Shown: piece by piece, positions 63,977 to 64,000 of the stretch
Position numbering within the stretch: position 1 is the stretch's first letter
How the letters are laid out: each line of letters opens with the position of its first letter
Assembly (NCBI GenBank): GCA_041671645.1
Contig: JBAZBD010000001.1
Span: 735,234-799,233 of the forward strand
Source: Patescibacteria group bacterium
Lineage (GTDB): Bacteria; Patescibacteriota; UBA1384; XYA2-FULL-43-10; 1-14-0-10-43-13
DNA: 64,000 bases
Reading direction: 5' to 3'
Notes under the pieces: generated by a model
The model's input: only the letters and a program-made list of their open reading frames with translations
What the model was told of the DNA's origin: nothing
Databases searched by the model: none
Translations under genes and position numbers: made by a program

Positions 63977-64000
63977 TAAAAAAATAAATTCAGCCGTAAG

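Noticed and set aside
1-64000. Search for CRISPR arrays, rRNA genes and IS/transposase genes
   Set aside because: No regularly spaced direct repeats were seen, and no transposase-like ORFs. No 16S/23S/5S-like conserved stretches noticed (for example, no anti-SD 3' end CCTCCTTA context or GTTCGATTC 5S features outside tRNAs).

Overview
This window is bacterial chromosomal DNA with patchy composition. AT-rich blocks (~33-38% GC) alternate with ~48-50% GC blocks, and small hypothetical proteins are numerous.

RNA genes:
- A tmRNA (ssrA, 361..745) carries the G3:U70 alanine identity pair and an encoded CCA.
- Nine tRNAs: Arg-CCG, Arg-CCU, Arg-UCG, Arg-UCU, Lys-CUU, Glu-UUC, Gly-UCC, His-GUG with G-1, and a Ser-like class II tRNA whose acceptor stem cannot pair.
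- Partial tRNA copies interrupted by hairpin inserts flank two tRNA loci (23283..23332 and 53308..53653).

Mobile elements:
- The tmRNA 3' end is overlapped by the C-terminus of a large serine recombinase (681..2243). This opens a ~9 kb AT-rich island whose cargo is all hypothetical or defense-like. It includes an operonic AAA+ ATPase plus S8 subtilase pair that resembles the published ietAS antiphage system, a trailing zinc-finger/coiled-coil gene, and an orphan 318 aa protein.
- A second element (~44.9-50.4 kb) runs from the broken tRNA-Ser-like gene to a second large serine recombinase (48758..50359). The last ~95 nt of that recombinase's coding sequence contain an entire antisense tRNA-Arg(CCU). 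The element carries an OLD-family ATPase/Toprim nuclease and a replication-relaxation-like protein.

Housekeeping and accessory genes:
- plsX, proB, rsmH, smpB, rny, ymdB and hup, plus a DEAD-box helicase, a methyltransferase and a PIG-L deacetylase.
- A ZIP transporter and an arsR + P1B-ATPase pair for metals; an ABC-2 transporter, an AI-2E transporter, an EamA transporter, and a MarR-regulated heterodimeric ABC exporter.
- A DsbA / SufS-like / VKOR-Trx cluster, an ankyrin-repeat protein, a B12-radical SAM enzyme, a TrmB regulator, GH17-like lipoproteins and an RRM protein.

No CRISPR array and no rRNA are present.
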